Below are positions 15,201 to 30,200 of a stretch of 64,000 bases of DNA, one piece after another. The number at the start of each line of letters is the position of its first letter. Position 1 is the first letter of the stretch. The notes under the pieces are model-generated. The model saw only the letters and a program-made list of their open reading frames with translations, was not told the DNA's origin and ran no database searches. A program made the position numbers and the translations under genes. The stretch is from Octopus vulgaris (taxonomy: Eukaryota). The DNA lies in the NCBI GenBank assembly GCA_951406725.2, contig OX597820.1, positions 8,122,001-8,186,000 of the forward strand, read 5' to 3'.

Positions 15201-18200
15201 GAGGGGGATTTGAAGGTGAAGGGGAGGAAGGGGAGGAAGGAATATTAAACATTCCGGAGAGGGGGATTTGAAGGTGAAGGAGAGTAAGGGATGGAAGGAA
15301 TATTAAACATTCCAGAGAGGGGGATTTGAAGGTGAAGGGGAGGAAGGGATGGAAGGAATATTAAACATTCCAGAGAGGGGGATTTGAAGGTGAATGGGAG
15401 GAAGGGGAGGAAGGCATATTGAACATTCCAGAGAGGGGAATTTGAAGATGAAAGGGAGGAAGGAATGGAAGGAATATAAAACATTCCAGAGAGGGGGATT
15501 TGAAGGTGAATGGGAGGAAGGGGAGGAAGGAATATTAAACATTCCAGAGAGGGGGATTTGAAGGTGAAGGGGAGGAAGGGGGAAAGAATATTAAACATTC
15601 CAGAGAGGGGATTTGAATGTGAAGGGGAGGAAGGGATGGAAGGAATATTAAACATTCCAGAGAGGGGGATTTGAAGGTGAAGGGGAGGAAGGGATGGAAG
15701 GAATATTAAACATTCCAGAGAGGGGGATTTGAAGGTGAAGGGGAGGGAAGGATGGAAGGAATATTAAACATTCCAGAGAGGGGTTTTGAAGGTGAATTGG
15801 AGGAAGGGATGGAAGGAATATTAAACATTCCAGAGAGGGGGATTTGAAGGTTAATGGGAGGAAGGGATGGAAGGAATATTAAACATTCCAGAGAGGGGGA
15901 TTTGAAGGTGAAGGGGAGGGAGGGATGGAAGGAATATTAAACATTCCAGAGAGGGGATTTGAAGGTGAATGGGAGGGACGGGATGGAAGGAATACTAAAC
16001 ATTCCAGAGAGAAGGATTTGAAGGTGAAGGGGAGGAAGGGGTAGAAGGAATATTGAACATTCCAGAGAGGGGGATTTGAAGGCGAAGGGGAGGAAGGAAT
16101 GGAAGGAATATTAAACATTCCAGAGGGGGATTTGAAGGTGAAGGGGAGGAAGGGATGGAAGGAATATTAAACATTCCAGAGAGGGGGATTTGAAGGTGAA
16201 GGGGAGGAAGGGATGGAAGGAATATTAAACATTACAGAGGGGGATTTGAAGGTGAAGGAGAGGAAGGGAGGAAGGAATATTGAACATTCCAGAGAGGGGG
16301 ATTTGAAAGGTGAAGGGGAGGAAGGGATGGAAGGAATATTAAACATTCCAGAGAGGGGATTTGAAGGTGAAGGAGAGTAAGGGATGGAAGGAATATTAAA
16401 CATTCCAGAGAGGGGGATTTGAAGGTGAATGGGAGGAAGGGATGGAAGGAATATTAAACATTCCAGAGAGGGGGATTTGAAGGTGAAGGGGAGGGAGGGA
16501 ATGGAAGGAATATTAAACATTTCAGAGAGGGGGATTTGAAGGTGAAGGGGAGGAAGGTATGGAAGGAATATTGAACATTCCAGAGAGGGGATTTGAAGGT
16601 GAATGGGAGGAAGGGATGGAAGGAATATTAAACATTCCAGAGAGGGGGATTTGAAGGTGAAGGGGAGGGAGGGATGGAAGGAATATTAAACATTCCAGAG
16701 AGGGGGATTTGAAGGTGAAGGGGAGGAAGGTATGGAAGGAATATTGAACATTCCAGAGAGGGGGATTTGAGGGTGAAGACGAGGAAAGGATGGAAGGAAT
16801 ATTGAACATTCCAGAGAGGGGGATTTGAAGGTGAAGGGAGGAAGGGGAGGAAGGAATGGAAGGAATATTAAACATTCCAGAGAGGGGGATTTGAAGGTGA
16901 ATGGGAGGAAGGGATGGAAGGAATATTAAACATTCCAGAGAGGGGGAATTGAAGGTGAAGGGGAGGGAGGGATGGAAGGAATATTAAACATTCCAGAGAG
17001 GGGGATTTGAAGGTGAAGGGATGGGAGGGATGGAAGGAAAATTAATTATTCCAGAGAGAAGGATTTCAAGGTGAAGGGGAGGAAGGGGTAGAAGGAATAT
17101 TGAAAATTCCAGAGAGAGGGATTTGAAGGTGAAGGGGAGGAAGGAATGGAAAGAATATTAAACATTCCAGAGTGGGGGAATTGAAGGTTAATGGGAGGAA
17201 GGGATGGAAGGAATATTAAACATTCCAGAGAGGGGGATTTGAAGGTGAAGGTGAGGAAGGGATGGAAGGAATATTAAACATTCCAGAGAGGGGGATTTGA
17301 AGGTGAAGGAAGGGGGGAGGAAGGAATATTGAACATTCCAGAGAGGGGGATTTGAAGGTGAAGGGGAGAAAGGGATGGAAGGAATATTAAACATTCCAGA
17401 GAGGGGGATTTGAAGGTGAAGGGGAGGGAGGGATGGAAGGAATATTAAATATTTCAGAGAGGGGGATTTGAAGGTGAAGGAGAGTAAGGTATGGATGGAA
17501 TATTGAACATTCCAGAGAGGGGGATTTGAAGGTGAAGGGGAGGAAGGAATGGAAGGAATATTGAACATTCCAGAGAGGGGGATTTGAGGGTGAAGACGAG
17601 GAAAGGATGGAAGGAATATTGAACATTCCAGAGAGGGGGATTTGAAGGTGAAGGGGAGGAAGGGGAGGAAGGAATGGAAGGAATATTAAACATTCCAGAG
17701 AGGGGGATTTGAAGGTGAAGGGGAGGAAGGAATGGAAGGAATATTAAACATTCCAGAGAGGGGGATTTGAAGGTGAATGCGAGGAAGGGATGGAAGGAAT
17801 ATTAAACATTCCAGAGAGGGGGATATGAAGGTAAATGGGAGGAAGGGATGGAAGGAATATTGAACATTCCAGAGAGGGGTTTTGAAGGTGAAGGAGAGTA
17901 AGGGATGGAAGGAATATTAAACATTCCAGAGAGGGGGAATTGAAGGTGAAGGGGAGGAAGGAATGGAAGGAATATTAAACATTCCAGAGAGGGGGATTTG
18001 AAGGTGAAGGGGAGGAAGGGGTAGAAGGAATATTGAACATTCCAGAGAGGGGGATTTGAAGGTGAAGGGGAGGAAGGGGAGGAAGGAATGGAAGGAATAT
18101 TAAACATTCCAGAGAGGGGGATTTGAAGGTGAAGGGAGGAAGGAATGGAAGGAATATTAAACATTCCAGAGAGGGGGATTTGAAGGTGAATGGGAGGAAG

Positions 18201-21200
18201 GGATGGAAGGAATATTAAACATTCCAGAGAGGGGGATTTGAAGGTTAATGGGAGGAAGGGATGGAAGGAATATTGAACAATCCAGAGAGGGAGATTTGAA
18301 GGTGAAGGAGAGTAAGGGATGGAAGGAATATTAAACATTCCAGAGAGGGGGATTTGAAGGTGAAAGGAGGAAGGAATGGAAGGAATATTAAACATTCCAG
18401 AGAGGGGATTTGAAGGTGAAGGGGAGGAAGGGTAGGAAGGAATATTGAACATTCCAGAGAGGGGGATTTGAAGGTGAAGGGGAGGAAGGAATGGAAGGAA
18501 TATTAAACATTCCAGAGAGGGGGATTTGAAGGTGAATGGGAGGAAGGGATGGAAGGAATATTAAACATTCCAGAGAGGGGGATTTGAAGGTGAAGGTGAG
18601 GAAGTGATGGAAGGAATATTAAACATTAAGAGAGGGGGATTTGAAGGTGAATGGGAGGAAGGGATGGAAGAAATATTAAACATTCCAGAGTGGGGGATTT
18701 GAAGCTGAAGGAGAGGGAGGGATGGAAGGAATATTAAACATTCCAGAGAGGGGGATTTGAAGGTGAAGGGGAGGAAGGGATGGAAGGAATATTAAACATT
18801 CCAGAGAGGGGGATTTGAAGGTGAAGGGAAGAAGGGATGGAAGGAATATTAAACATTCCAGAGAGGGGGATTTGAAGGTGAATGGGAGGAAGGGATGGAA
18901 GGAATATTAAACATTCCAGAGAGGGGGAATTGAAGGTGAATGGGAGGAAGGGATGGAAGGAATATTAAACATTCCAGAGAGGGGGATTTGAAGGTGAAGG
19001 GGAGGAAGGGATGGAAGGAATATTAAACATTCCAGAGAGGGGGATTTGAAGGTGAAGGGAGGAAGGGATGGAAGGAATATTAAACATTCCAGAGAGGGGG
19101 ATTTGAAGGTGAAGGGGAGGAAGGGATGGAAGGAATATTGAACATTCCAGAGAGGGGGATTTGAAGGTGAAGGGGAGGAAGGAATGGAAGGAATATTAAA
19201 CATTCCAGAGAGGGGGATTTGAAGGTGAATGGGAGGAAGGGATGGAAGGAATATTAAACATTCCAGAGAGGGGGATTTGAAGGTGAAGGAGGAAGGGATG
19301 GAAGGAATATTAAACATTCCAGAGAGGGGGATTTGAAGGTGAAGGGAGGAAGGGATGGAAGGAATATTGAACATTCCAGAGAGGGGGATTTGAAGGTGAA
19401 GGGGAGGAAGGGATGGAAGGAATATTAAACATTCCAGAGAGGGGGATTTGAAGGTGAAGGGGAGTAAGGGATGGAAGGAATATTAAACATTCCAGAGCGG
19501 GGGATTTGAAGGTGAAGGGGAGGAAGGGATGGAAGGAATATTAAACATTCCAGTGAGGGGGATTTGAAGGTGAATGGGAGGAAGGGATGGAAGGAATATT
19601 AAACATTCCAGAGAGGGGGATTTGAAGGTGAAGGGGGAGGGAGGGATGGAAGGAATATTAAACATTTCAGAGAGGGGGATTTGAAGGTGAAGGGGAGGAA
19701 GGAATGGAAGGAATATTGAACATTCCAGAGAGGGGGATTTGAGGGTGAAGACGAGGAAAGGATGGAAGGAATATTGAACATTCCAGAGAGGGGATTTGAA
19801 GGTGAAGGGGAGGAAGGAATGGAAGGAATATTGAACATTCCAGAGAGGGGGATTTGAGGGTGAAGACGAGGAAGGGATGGAAGGAATATTAAACATTCCA
19901 GAGAGGGGGATTTGAAGGTGAAGGGGAGGAAGGGAGGAAGGAATATTAAACATTCCAGAGAGGGGGATTTGAAGGTGAAGGGGAGGAAGGGGAAAGGAAT
20001 ATTGAACATTCCAGAGAGGGGATTTGAAGGTGAAGGGGAGGAAGGAATGGAAAGAATATTAAACATTCCAGAGTGGGGGAATTGAAGGTGAATGGGAGGA
20101 AGGGATGGAAGGAATATTAAACATTCCAGAGAGGGGGATTTGAAGGTGAAGGAGAGGAAGGGGAGGAAGGAATATTGAACATTCCAGAGAGGGGGATTTG
20201 AAGGTGAAGGGGAGGAAGGAATGGAAGGAATATTGAACATTCCAGAGAGGGGGATTTGAGGGTGAAGACGAGGAAGGGATGGAAGGAATATTGAACATTC
20301 CAGAGAGGGGGATTTGAAGGTGAAGGGGCGGAAGGGGAGGAAGGAATGGAAGGTATATTAAAATTCCAGAGAGGGGGATTTGAAGGTGAAGGGGAGGAAG
20401 GAATGGAAGGAATATTAAACATTCCAGAGAGGGGGATTTGAAGGTGAATGGGAGGAAGGGATGGAAGGAATATTAAACATTCCAGAGAGGGGATTTGAAG
20501 GTGAATGGGAGGAAGGGATGGAAGGAATATTGAACATTCCAGAGAGGGGATTTGAAGGTGAAGGAGAGTAAGGGATGGAAGGAATATTAAACATTCCAGA
20601 GAGGGGGATTTGAAGGTGAAGAGGAGGAAGGAATGGAAGGAATATTAAACATTCCAGAGAGGGGGATTTGAAGGTGAAGGGGAGGAAGGGGGGAAAGAAT
20701 ATTAAACATTCCAGAGAGGGGGATTTGAAGGTTAATGGGAGGAAGGGATGGAAGGAATATTAAACATTCCAGAGAGGGGGATTTGAAGGTGAAGGGGAAG
20801 AAGGGGTAGAAGGAATATTGAACATTCCAGAGAGGGGGATTTGAAGGTGAAGGGGAGGAAGGAATGGAAGGAATATTAAACATTCCAGAGAGGGGGATTT
20901 GAAGGTGAATGGGAGGAAGGGATGGAAGGAATATTAAACATTCCAGAGAGGGGGATTTGAAGGTGAAGGGGAGGAGGATGGAAGGAATATTAAACATTCC
21001 AGAGAGGGGGATTTGAAGGTGAAGGGGAGGAAGGGATGGAAGGAATATTAAACATTCCAGAGAGGGGGATTTGAAGGTGAAGGGAGGAAGGGATGGAAGG
21101 AATATTAAACATTCCAGAGAGGGGGATTTGAAGGTGAAGGGGAGGAAGGGATGGAAGGAATATTAAACATTCCAGAGAGGGGGATTTGAAGGTGAAGGGG

Positions 21201-24200
21201 AGGAAGGGATGGAAGGAATATTAAACATTCCAGAGAGGGGGATTTGAAGGTGAATGGGAGGAAGGGATGGAAGGAATATTAAACATTCCAGAGAGGGGGA
21301 TTTGAAGGTGAATGGGAGGAAGGGATGGAAGGAATATTAAACATTCCAGAGAGGGGGATTTGAAGGTGAAGGGGAGGAAGGGATGGAAGGAATATTAAAC
21401 ATTCCAGAGAGGGGGATTTGAAGGTGAAGGGAGGAAGGGATGGAAGGAATATTAAACATTCCAGAGAGGGGGATTTGAAGGTGAAGGGAGGAAGGGATGG
21501 AAGGAATATTGAACATTCCAGAGAGGGGGATTTGAAGGTGAAGGGGAGGAAGGAATGGAAGGAATATTAAACATTCCAGAGAGGGGGATTTGAAGGTGAA
21601 TGGGAGGAGGGGATGGAAGGAATATTAAACATTCCAGAGAGGGGGATTTGAAGGTGAAGGGAGGAAGGGATGGAAGGAATATTAAACATTCCAGAGAGGG
21701 GGATTTGAAGGTGAAGGGGAGGAAGGGGAGGAAGGAATATTGAACATTCCAGAGAGGGGGATTTGAAGGTGAAGGGGAGGAAGGGATGGAAGGAATATTA
21801 AACATTCCAGAGAGGGGGATTTGAAGGTGAAGGGGAGGAAGGGGAGGAAGGAATATTGAACATTCCATAGAGGGGGATTTGAAGGTGAAGGGGAGGAAGG
21901 AATGGAAGGAATATTAAACATTCCAGAGTGGGGGATTTGAAGGTGAATGGGAGGAAGGGATGGAAGGAATATTAAACATTCCAGAGAGGGGGATTTGAAG
22001 GTGAAGGGGAGGAAGTGATGGAAGGAATATTAAACATTCCAGAGAGGGGTTTTGAAGGTGAATGGGAGGAAGGGATGGAAGAAATATTAAACATTCCAGA
22101 GAGGGGATTTGAAGGTGAAGGGGAGGGAGGGATGGAAGGAATATTAAACATTCCAGAGAGGGGGATTTGAAGGTGAAGGGGAGGAAGGGATGGAAGGAAT
22201 ATTAAACATTCCAGAGAGGAGGATTTGAAGGTGAAGGGGAAGAAGGGATGGAAGGAATATTAAACATTCCAGAGAGGGGGATTTGAAGGTGAATGGGAGG
22301 AAGGGATGGAAGGAATATTAAACATTCCAGAGAGGGGGATTTGAAGGTGAATGGGGGAAGGGATGGAAGGAATATTAAACATTCCAGAGAGGGGGATTTG
22401 AAGGTGAAGGGGAGGAAGGGATGGAAGGAATATTAAACATTCCAGAGAGGGGATTTGAAGGTGAATGGGAGGGAGGGATGGAAGGAATATTAAACATTCC
22501 AGAGAGAAAGATATGAAGGTGAAGGGGAGGAAGGGGTAGAAGGAATATTGAACATTCCAGAGAGGGGGATTTGAAGGTGAAGGGGAGGAAGGAATGGAAG
22601 AAATATTAAACATTCCAGAGAGGGGGATTTGAAGGTGAATGGGAGGAAGGGATGGAAGGAATATTAAACATTCCAGAGAGAGGATTTGAAGGTGAAGGTG
22701 AGGAAGGGATGGAAGGAATATTAAACATTCCAGAGAGAGGGATTTGAAGGTGAAGGAGAGGAAGGGGAGGAAGGAATATTGAACATTCCAGAGAGGGGGA
22801 TTTGAAGGTGAAGGGGAGGAAGGGATGGAAGGAATATTAAACATTCCAGAGAGGGGGATTTGAAGGTGAAGGGGAGTAAGGGATGGAAGGAATATTAAAC
22901 ATTCCAGAGAGGGGGATTTGAAGGTGAAGGGGAGGAAGGGATCGAAGGAATATTAAACATTCCAGTGAGGGGGATTTGAAGGTGAATGGGAGGAAGGGAT
23001 GGAAGGAATATTAAACATTCCAGAGAGGGGGATTTGAAGGTGAAGGGGAGGAAGGGATGGAAGGAATATTAAACATTCCAGAGAGGGGGATTTGAAGGTG
23101 AAGGGAGGAAGGGATGGAAGGAATATTAAACATTCCAGAGAGGGGGATTTGAAGGTGAAGGGAGGAAGGGATGGAAGGAATATTGAACATTCCAGAGAGG
23201 GGGATTTGAAGGTGAAGGGGAGGAAGGTATGGAAGGAATATTGAACATTCCAGAGAGGGGGATTTGAGGGTGAAGACGAGGAAGGGATGGAAGGAATATT
23301 GAACATTCCAGAGAGGGGGATTTGAAGGTGAAGGGAGGAAGGAGGAAGGAATGGAAGGAAATTAACATTCCAGAGAGGGGATTTGAAGGTGAAGGGGAGG
23401 AAGGGATGGAAGGAATATTGAACATTCCAGAGAGGGGGATTTGAAGGTGAAGGGGAGGAAGGAATGGAAAGAATATTAAACATTCCAGAGTGGGGGAATT
23501 GAAGGTGAATGGGAGGAAGGGATGGAAGGAATATTAAACATTCCAGAGAGGGGGAATTGAAGGTGAAGGAGAGGAAGGGAGGGAAGGAATATTGAACATT
23601 CCAGAGAGGGGGATTTGAAGGTGAAGGGGAGGAAGGAATGGAAGGAATATTGAACATTCCAGAGAGGGGGATTTGAGGGTGAAGACGAGGAAGGGATGGA
23701 AGGAATATTGAACATTCCAGAGAGGGGGATTTGAAGGTGAAGGGGAGGAAGGGGAGGAAGGAATGGAAGGAATATTAAACATTCCAGAGAGGGGGATTTG
23801 AAGGTGAAGGGGAGGAATGAATGGAAGGAATATTAAACATTCCAGAGAGGGGGATTTGAAGGTGAATGGGAGGAAGGGATGGAAGGAATATTAAACATTC
23901 CAGAGAGGGGGATTTGAAGGTGAATGGGAGGAAGGGATGGAAGGAATATTGAACATTCCAGAGAGGGGGATTTGAAGGTGAAGGAGAGTAAGGGATGGAA
24001 GGAATATTAAACATTCCAGAGAGGGGGATTTGAAGGTGAAGAGGAGGAAGGAATGGAAGGAATATTAAACATTCCAGAGAGGCGGATTTGAAGGTGAAGG
24101 GGAGGAAGGGGGGAAAGAATATGAAACATTCCAGAGAGGGGATTTGAAGGTTAATGGGAGGAAGGGATGGAAGGAATATTAAACATTCCAGAGAGGGGGA

Positions 24201-27200
24201 TTTGAAGGTGAATGGGAGGAAGGGATGGAAGGAATATTGAACATTCCAGAGACGGGGATTTGAAGGTGAAGGAGAGTAAGGGATGGAAGGAATATTAAAC
24301 ATTCCAGAGAGGGGGATTTGAAGGTGAAGAGGAGGAAGGAATGGAAGGAATATTAAACATTCCAGAGAGGGGATTTGAAGGTGAAGGGGAAGAAGGGGTA
24401 GAAGGAATATTGAACATTCCAGAGAGGGGGATTTGAAGGTGAAGGGGAGGAAGGAATGGAAGGAATATTAAACATTCCAGAGAGGGGGATTTGAAGGTGA
24501 ATGGGAGGAAGGGATGGAAGGAATATTAAACATTCCAGAGAGGGGGATTTGAAGGTGAAGGTGAGGAAGTGATGGAAGGAATATTAAACATTAAGAGTGG
24601 GGGATTTGAAGGTGAATGGGAGGAAGGGATGGAAGAAATATTAAACATTCCAGAGAGGGGGATTTGAAGCTGAAGGAGAGGGAGGGATGGAAGGAATATT
24701 AAACATTCCAGAGAGGGGGATTTGAAGGTGAAGGGGAGGAAGGGATGGAAGGAATATTAAACATTCCAGAGAGGGGGATTTGAAGGTGAAGGGGAAGAAG
24801 GGATGGAAGGAATATTAAACATTCCAGAGAGGGGGATTTGAAGGTGAATGGGAGGAAGGGATGGAAGGAATATTAAACATTCCAGAGAGGGGGATTTGAA
24901 GGTGAATGGGAGGAAGGGATGGAAGGAATATTAAACATTCCAGGGAGGGGGATTTGAAGGTGAAGGGAGGAGGGATGGAAGGAATATTAAACATTCCAGA
25001 GAGGGGGATTTGAAGGTGAAGGGAGGAAGGGATGGAAGGAATATTAAACATTCCAGAGAGGGGGATTTGAAGGTGAAGGGGAGGAAGGGGAGGAAGGAAT
25101 ATTGAAACATTCCAGAGAGGGGGATTTGAAGGTGAAGGGGAGGAAGGAATGGAAGGAATATTAAACATTCCAGAGAGGGGGATTTGAAGGTGAAGGGAGG
25201 AAGGGATGGAAGGAATATTAAACATTCCAGAGAGGGGGATTTGAAGGTGAAGGGGAGGAAGGGATGGAAGGAATATTAAACATTCCAGAGAGGGGGATTT
25301 GAAGGTGAAGGGGAGGAAGGGGAGGAAGGAATATTGAACATTCCAGAGAGGGGGATTTGAAGGTGAAGGGGAGGAAGGGATGGAAGGAATATTAAACATT
25401 CCAGAGAGGGGGATTTGAAGGTGAAGGGGAGTAAGGGATGGAAGGAATATTAAACATTCCAGAGAGGGGGATTTGAAGGTGAAGGGGAGGAAGGGATGGA
25501 ATGAATATTAAACATTCCAGTGAGGGGGATTTGAAGGTGAATGGGAGGAAGGGATGGAAGGAATATTAAACATTCCAGAGAGGGGGATTTGAAGGTGAAG
25601 GGGAGGAAGGGATGGAAGGAATATTAAACATTCCAGAGAGGGGGATTTGAAGGTGAAGGGGAGGAAGGGATGGAAGGAATATTGAACATTCCAGAGAGGG
25701 GGATTTGAGGGTGAAGACGAGGAAGGGATGGAAGGAATATTGAACATTCCAGAGAGGGGGATTTGAAGGTGAAGGGGAGGAAGGTATGGAAGGAATATTG
25801 AACATTCCAGAGAGGGGGATTTGAGGGTGAAGACGAGGAAGGGATGGAAGGAATATTGAACATTCCAGAGAGGGGGATTTGAAGGTGAAGGGGAGGAAGG
25901 GGAGGAAGGAATGGAAGGAAAATTAATCATTCCAGAGAGAAGGATTTGAAGGTGAAGGGGAGGAAGGGGTAGAAGAAATATTGAACATTCCAGAGAGAGG
26001 GATTTGAAGGTGAAGGGGAGGAAGGAATGGAAAGAATATTAAACATTCCAGAGTGGGGGAATTGAAGGTGAATGGGAGGAAGGGATGGAAGGAATATTAA
26101 ACATTCCAGAGAGGGGAATTTGAAGGTGAAGGAGAGGAAGGGGAGGAAGGAATATTGAACATTCCAGAGAGGGGGATTTGAAGGTGAAGGGGAGGAAGGA
26201 ATGGAAGGAATATTGAACATTCCAGAGAGGGGGATTTGAGGGTGAAGACGAGGAAGGGATGGAAGGAATATTGAACATTCCAGAGAGGGGGATTTGAAGG
26301 TGAAGGGGAGGAAGGGGAGGAAGGAATGGAAGGAATATTAAACATTCCAGAGAGGGGGATTTGAAGGTGAAGGGGATGAAGGAATGGAAGGAATATTAAA
26401 CATTCCAGAGAGGGGGATTTGAAGGTGAATGGGAGGAAGGGATGGAAGGAATATTAAACATTCCAGACAGGGGGAATTGAAGGTTAATGGGAGGAAGGGA
26501 TGGAAGGAATATTGAACATTCCAGAGAGGGGGATTTGAAGGTGAAGGAGAGTAAGGGATGGAAGGAATATTAAACATTCCAGAGAGGGGATTTGAAGGTG
26601 AAGAGGAGGAAGGAATGGAAGGAATATTAAACATTCCAGAGAGGGGGATTTGAAGGTGAAGGGGAGGAAGGGGTAGAAGGAATATTGAACATTCCAGAGA
26701 GGGGGATTTGAAGGTGAAGGGGAGGAAGGGGAGGAAGGAATGGAAGGAATATTAAATATTCCAGAGAGGGGGATATGAAGGTGAATGGGAGGAAGGGATG
26801 GAAGGAATATTAAACATTCCAGAGAGGGGGATTTGAAGGTGAAGGGGAGGAAGGGATGGAAGGAATATTAAACATTCCAGAGAGGGGGATTTGAAGGTGA
26901 ATGGGAGGAAGGGATGGAAGGAATATTAAACATTCCAGAGAGGGGATTTGAAGGTGAAGGAGAGGGAGGGATGGAAGGAATATAAAACATTCCAGAGAGG
27001 GGGATTTGAAGGTGAATGGGAGGAAGGGATGGAAGGAATATTAAACATTCCAGAGAGGGGGATTTGAAGGTGAATGGGAGGAAGGGATGGAAGGAATATT
27101 AAACATTCCAGAGAGGGGGATTTGAAGGTGAAGGGGAGGGAGGGATGGAAGGAATATTAAACATTTCAGAGAGGGGGATTTGAAGGTGAATGGGAGGGAG

Positions 27201-30200
27201 GGATGGAAGGAATACTAAACATTCCAGAGAGGGGGATTTGAAGGTGAAGGGGAGGAAGGGGATGGAAGGAATATTGAACATTCCAGAGAGGGGATTTGAA
27301 GGTGAAGGGGAGGAAGGAATGGAAAGGAATATTAAACATTCCAGAGAGGGGGATTTGAAGGTGAATGGGAGGAAGGGATGGAAGGAATATTAAACATTCC
27401 AGAGAGGGGGATTTGAAGGTGAAGGGAGGGAAGGGATGGAAGGAATATTAAACATTCCAGAGAGGGGGATTTGAAGGTGAAGGGAGGAAGGGGAGGAAGG
27501 AATATTGAACATTCCAGAGAGGGGGATTTGAAGGTGAAGGGGAGGATGGGATGGAAGGAATATTAAACATTCCAGAGAGGGGGATTTGAAGGTGAAGGAG
27601 AGTAAGGGATGGAAGGAATATTAAACATTCCAGAGAGGGGGATTTGAAGGTGAAGGGGAGGAAGGGATCGAAGGAATATTAAACATTCCAGAGAGGGGGA
27701 TTTGAAGGTGAATGGGAGGAAGGGATGGAAGGAATATTAAACATTCCAGAGAGGGGGATTTGAAGGTGAAGGGGAGGGAGGGATGGAAGGAATATTAAAC
27801 ATTTCAGAGAGGGGGATTTGAAGGTGAAGGGGAGGAAGGTATGGAAGGAATATTGAACATTCCAGAGAGGGTCATTTGAGGGTGAAGACGAGGAAGGGAT
27901 GGAAGGAATATTGAACATTCCAGAGAGGGGGATTTGAAGGTGAAGGGGAGGAAGGGGGGGAAGGAATGGAAGGAATATTAAACATTCCAGAGGGGGGGAT
28001 TTGAAGGTGAAGGGGATGAAGGAATGGAAGGAATATTAAACATTCCAGAGAGGGGGATTTGAAGGTGAATGGGAGGAAGGGATGGAAGGAATATTAAACA
28101 TTCCAGAGAGGGGGATTTGAAGGTTAATGGGAGGAAGGGACGGAAGGAATATTGAACATTCCAGAGAGGGGGATTTGAAGGTGAAGGAGAGTAAGGGATG
28201 GAAGGAATATTAAACATTCCAGAGAGGGGGATTTGAAGGTGAAGAGGAAGGAATGGAAGGAATATTAAACATTCCAGAGAGGGGGATTTGAAGGTGAAGG
28301 GGAGGAAGGGATGGAAGGAATATTGAACATTCCAGAGAGGGGGATTTGAAGGTGAAGGGGAGGAAGGGGAGGAAGGAATGGAAGGAATATTAAACATTCC
28401 AGAGAGGGGGATTTGAAGGTGAATGGGAGGAAGGGATGGAAGGAATATTAAACATTCCAGAGAGGGGGATTTGAAGGTGAAGGTGAGGAAGGGATGGAAG
28501 GAATATTAAACATTAAGAGAGGGGGATTTGAAGGTGAATGGGAGGAAGGGATGGAAGGAATATTAAACATTCCAGAGAGGGGGATTTGAAGTTGAAGGAG
28601 AGGGAGGGATGGAAGGAATATAAAACATTCCAGAGAGGGGGATTTGAAGGTGAAGGGGAGGAAGGGATGGAAGGAATATTAAACATTCCAGAGAGGGGGA
28701 TTTGAAGGTGAAGGGGAGGATGGGATGGAAGGAATATTAAACATTCCAGAGAGGGGGATTTGAAGGTGAAGGGGAGGGAAGGATGGAAGGAATATTAAAC
28801 ATTCCAGAGAGGGGGATTTGAAGGTGAATGGGAGGAAGGGATGGAAGGAATATTAAACATTCCAGAGAGGGGGATTTGAAGGTGAATGGGAGGAAGGGAT
28901 GGAAGGAATATTAAACATTCCAGAGAGGGGGATTTGAAGGTGAAGGGGAGGGAGGGATGGAAGGAATATTAAACATTCCAGAGAGGGGTTTTGAAGGTGA
29001 ATGGGAGGGAGGGATGGAAGGAATACTAAACATTCCAGAGAGAAAGATATGAAGGTGAAGGGGAGGAAGGGGTAGAAGGAATATTGAACATTCCAGAGAG
29101 GGGGATTTGAAGGTGAAGGGGAGGAAGGAATGGAAGGAATATCAAACATTCCAGAGAGGGGGATTTGAAGGTGAATGGGAGGAAGGGATGGAAGGAATAT
29201 TAAACATTCCAGAGAGGGGGATTTGAAGGTGAAGGGGAGGAAGGAATGGAAGGAATATTAAACATTCCAGAGAGGGGGATTTGAAGGTGAAGGAGAGGAA
29301 GGGGAGGAAGGAATATTGAACATTCCAGAGAGGGGGATTTGAAGGTGAAGGGGAGGAAGGGATGGAAGGAATATTAAACATTCCAGAGAGGGGGATTTGA
29401 AGGTGAAGGAGAGTAAGGGATGGAAGGAATATTAAACATTCCAGAGAGGGGGATTTGAAGGTGAAGGGGAGGAAGGGATGGAAGGAATATTAAACATTCC
29501 AGAGAGGGGGATTTGAAGGTGAATGGGAGGAAGGGATGGAAGGAATATTAAACATTCCAGAGAGGGGGATTTGAAGGTGAAGGGGAGGGAGGGATGGAAG
29601 GAATATTAAACATTTCAGAGAGGGGGATTTGAAGGTGAAGGGAGGAAGGTATGGAAGGAATATTGAACATTCCAGAGAGGGTGATTTGAGGGTGAAGACG
29701 AGGAAGGGATGGAAGGAATATTGAACATTCCAGAGAGGGGGATTTGAAGGTGAAGGGGAGGAAGGGGAGGATGGAAGGAATATTAAACATTCCAGAGAGG
29801 GGGATTTGAAGGTTATTGGGAGGAAGGGATGGAAGGAATATTAAACATTCCAGAGAGGGGGAATTGAAGGTGAAGTGGAGGGAGGGATGGAAGGAATATT
29901 AAACATTCCAGAGAGGCGGATTTGAAGGTGAAGGGAAGGGAGGGATGGAAGGAAAATTAATCATTCCAGAGAGAAGGATTTGAAGGTGAAGGGGAGGAAG
30001 GGGTAGAAGGAATATTGAACATTCCAGAGAGGGGGATTTGAAGGTGAAGGGGAGGAAGGAATGGAAAGAATATTAAACATTCCAGAGTGGGGGAATTGAA
30101 GGTGAATGGGAGGAAGGGATGGAAGGAATATTAAACATTCCAGAGAGGGGGATTTGAAGGTGAATGTGAGGAAGGGATGGAAGGAATATTAAACATTCCA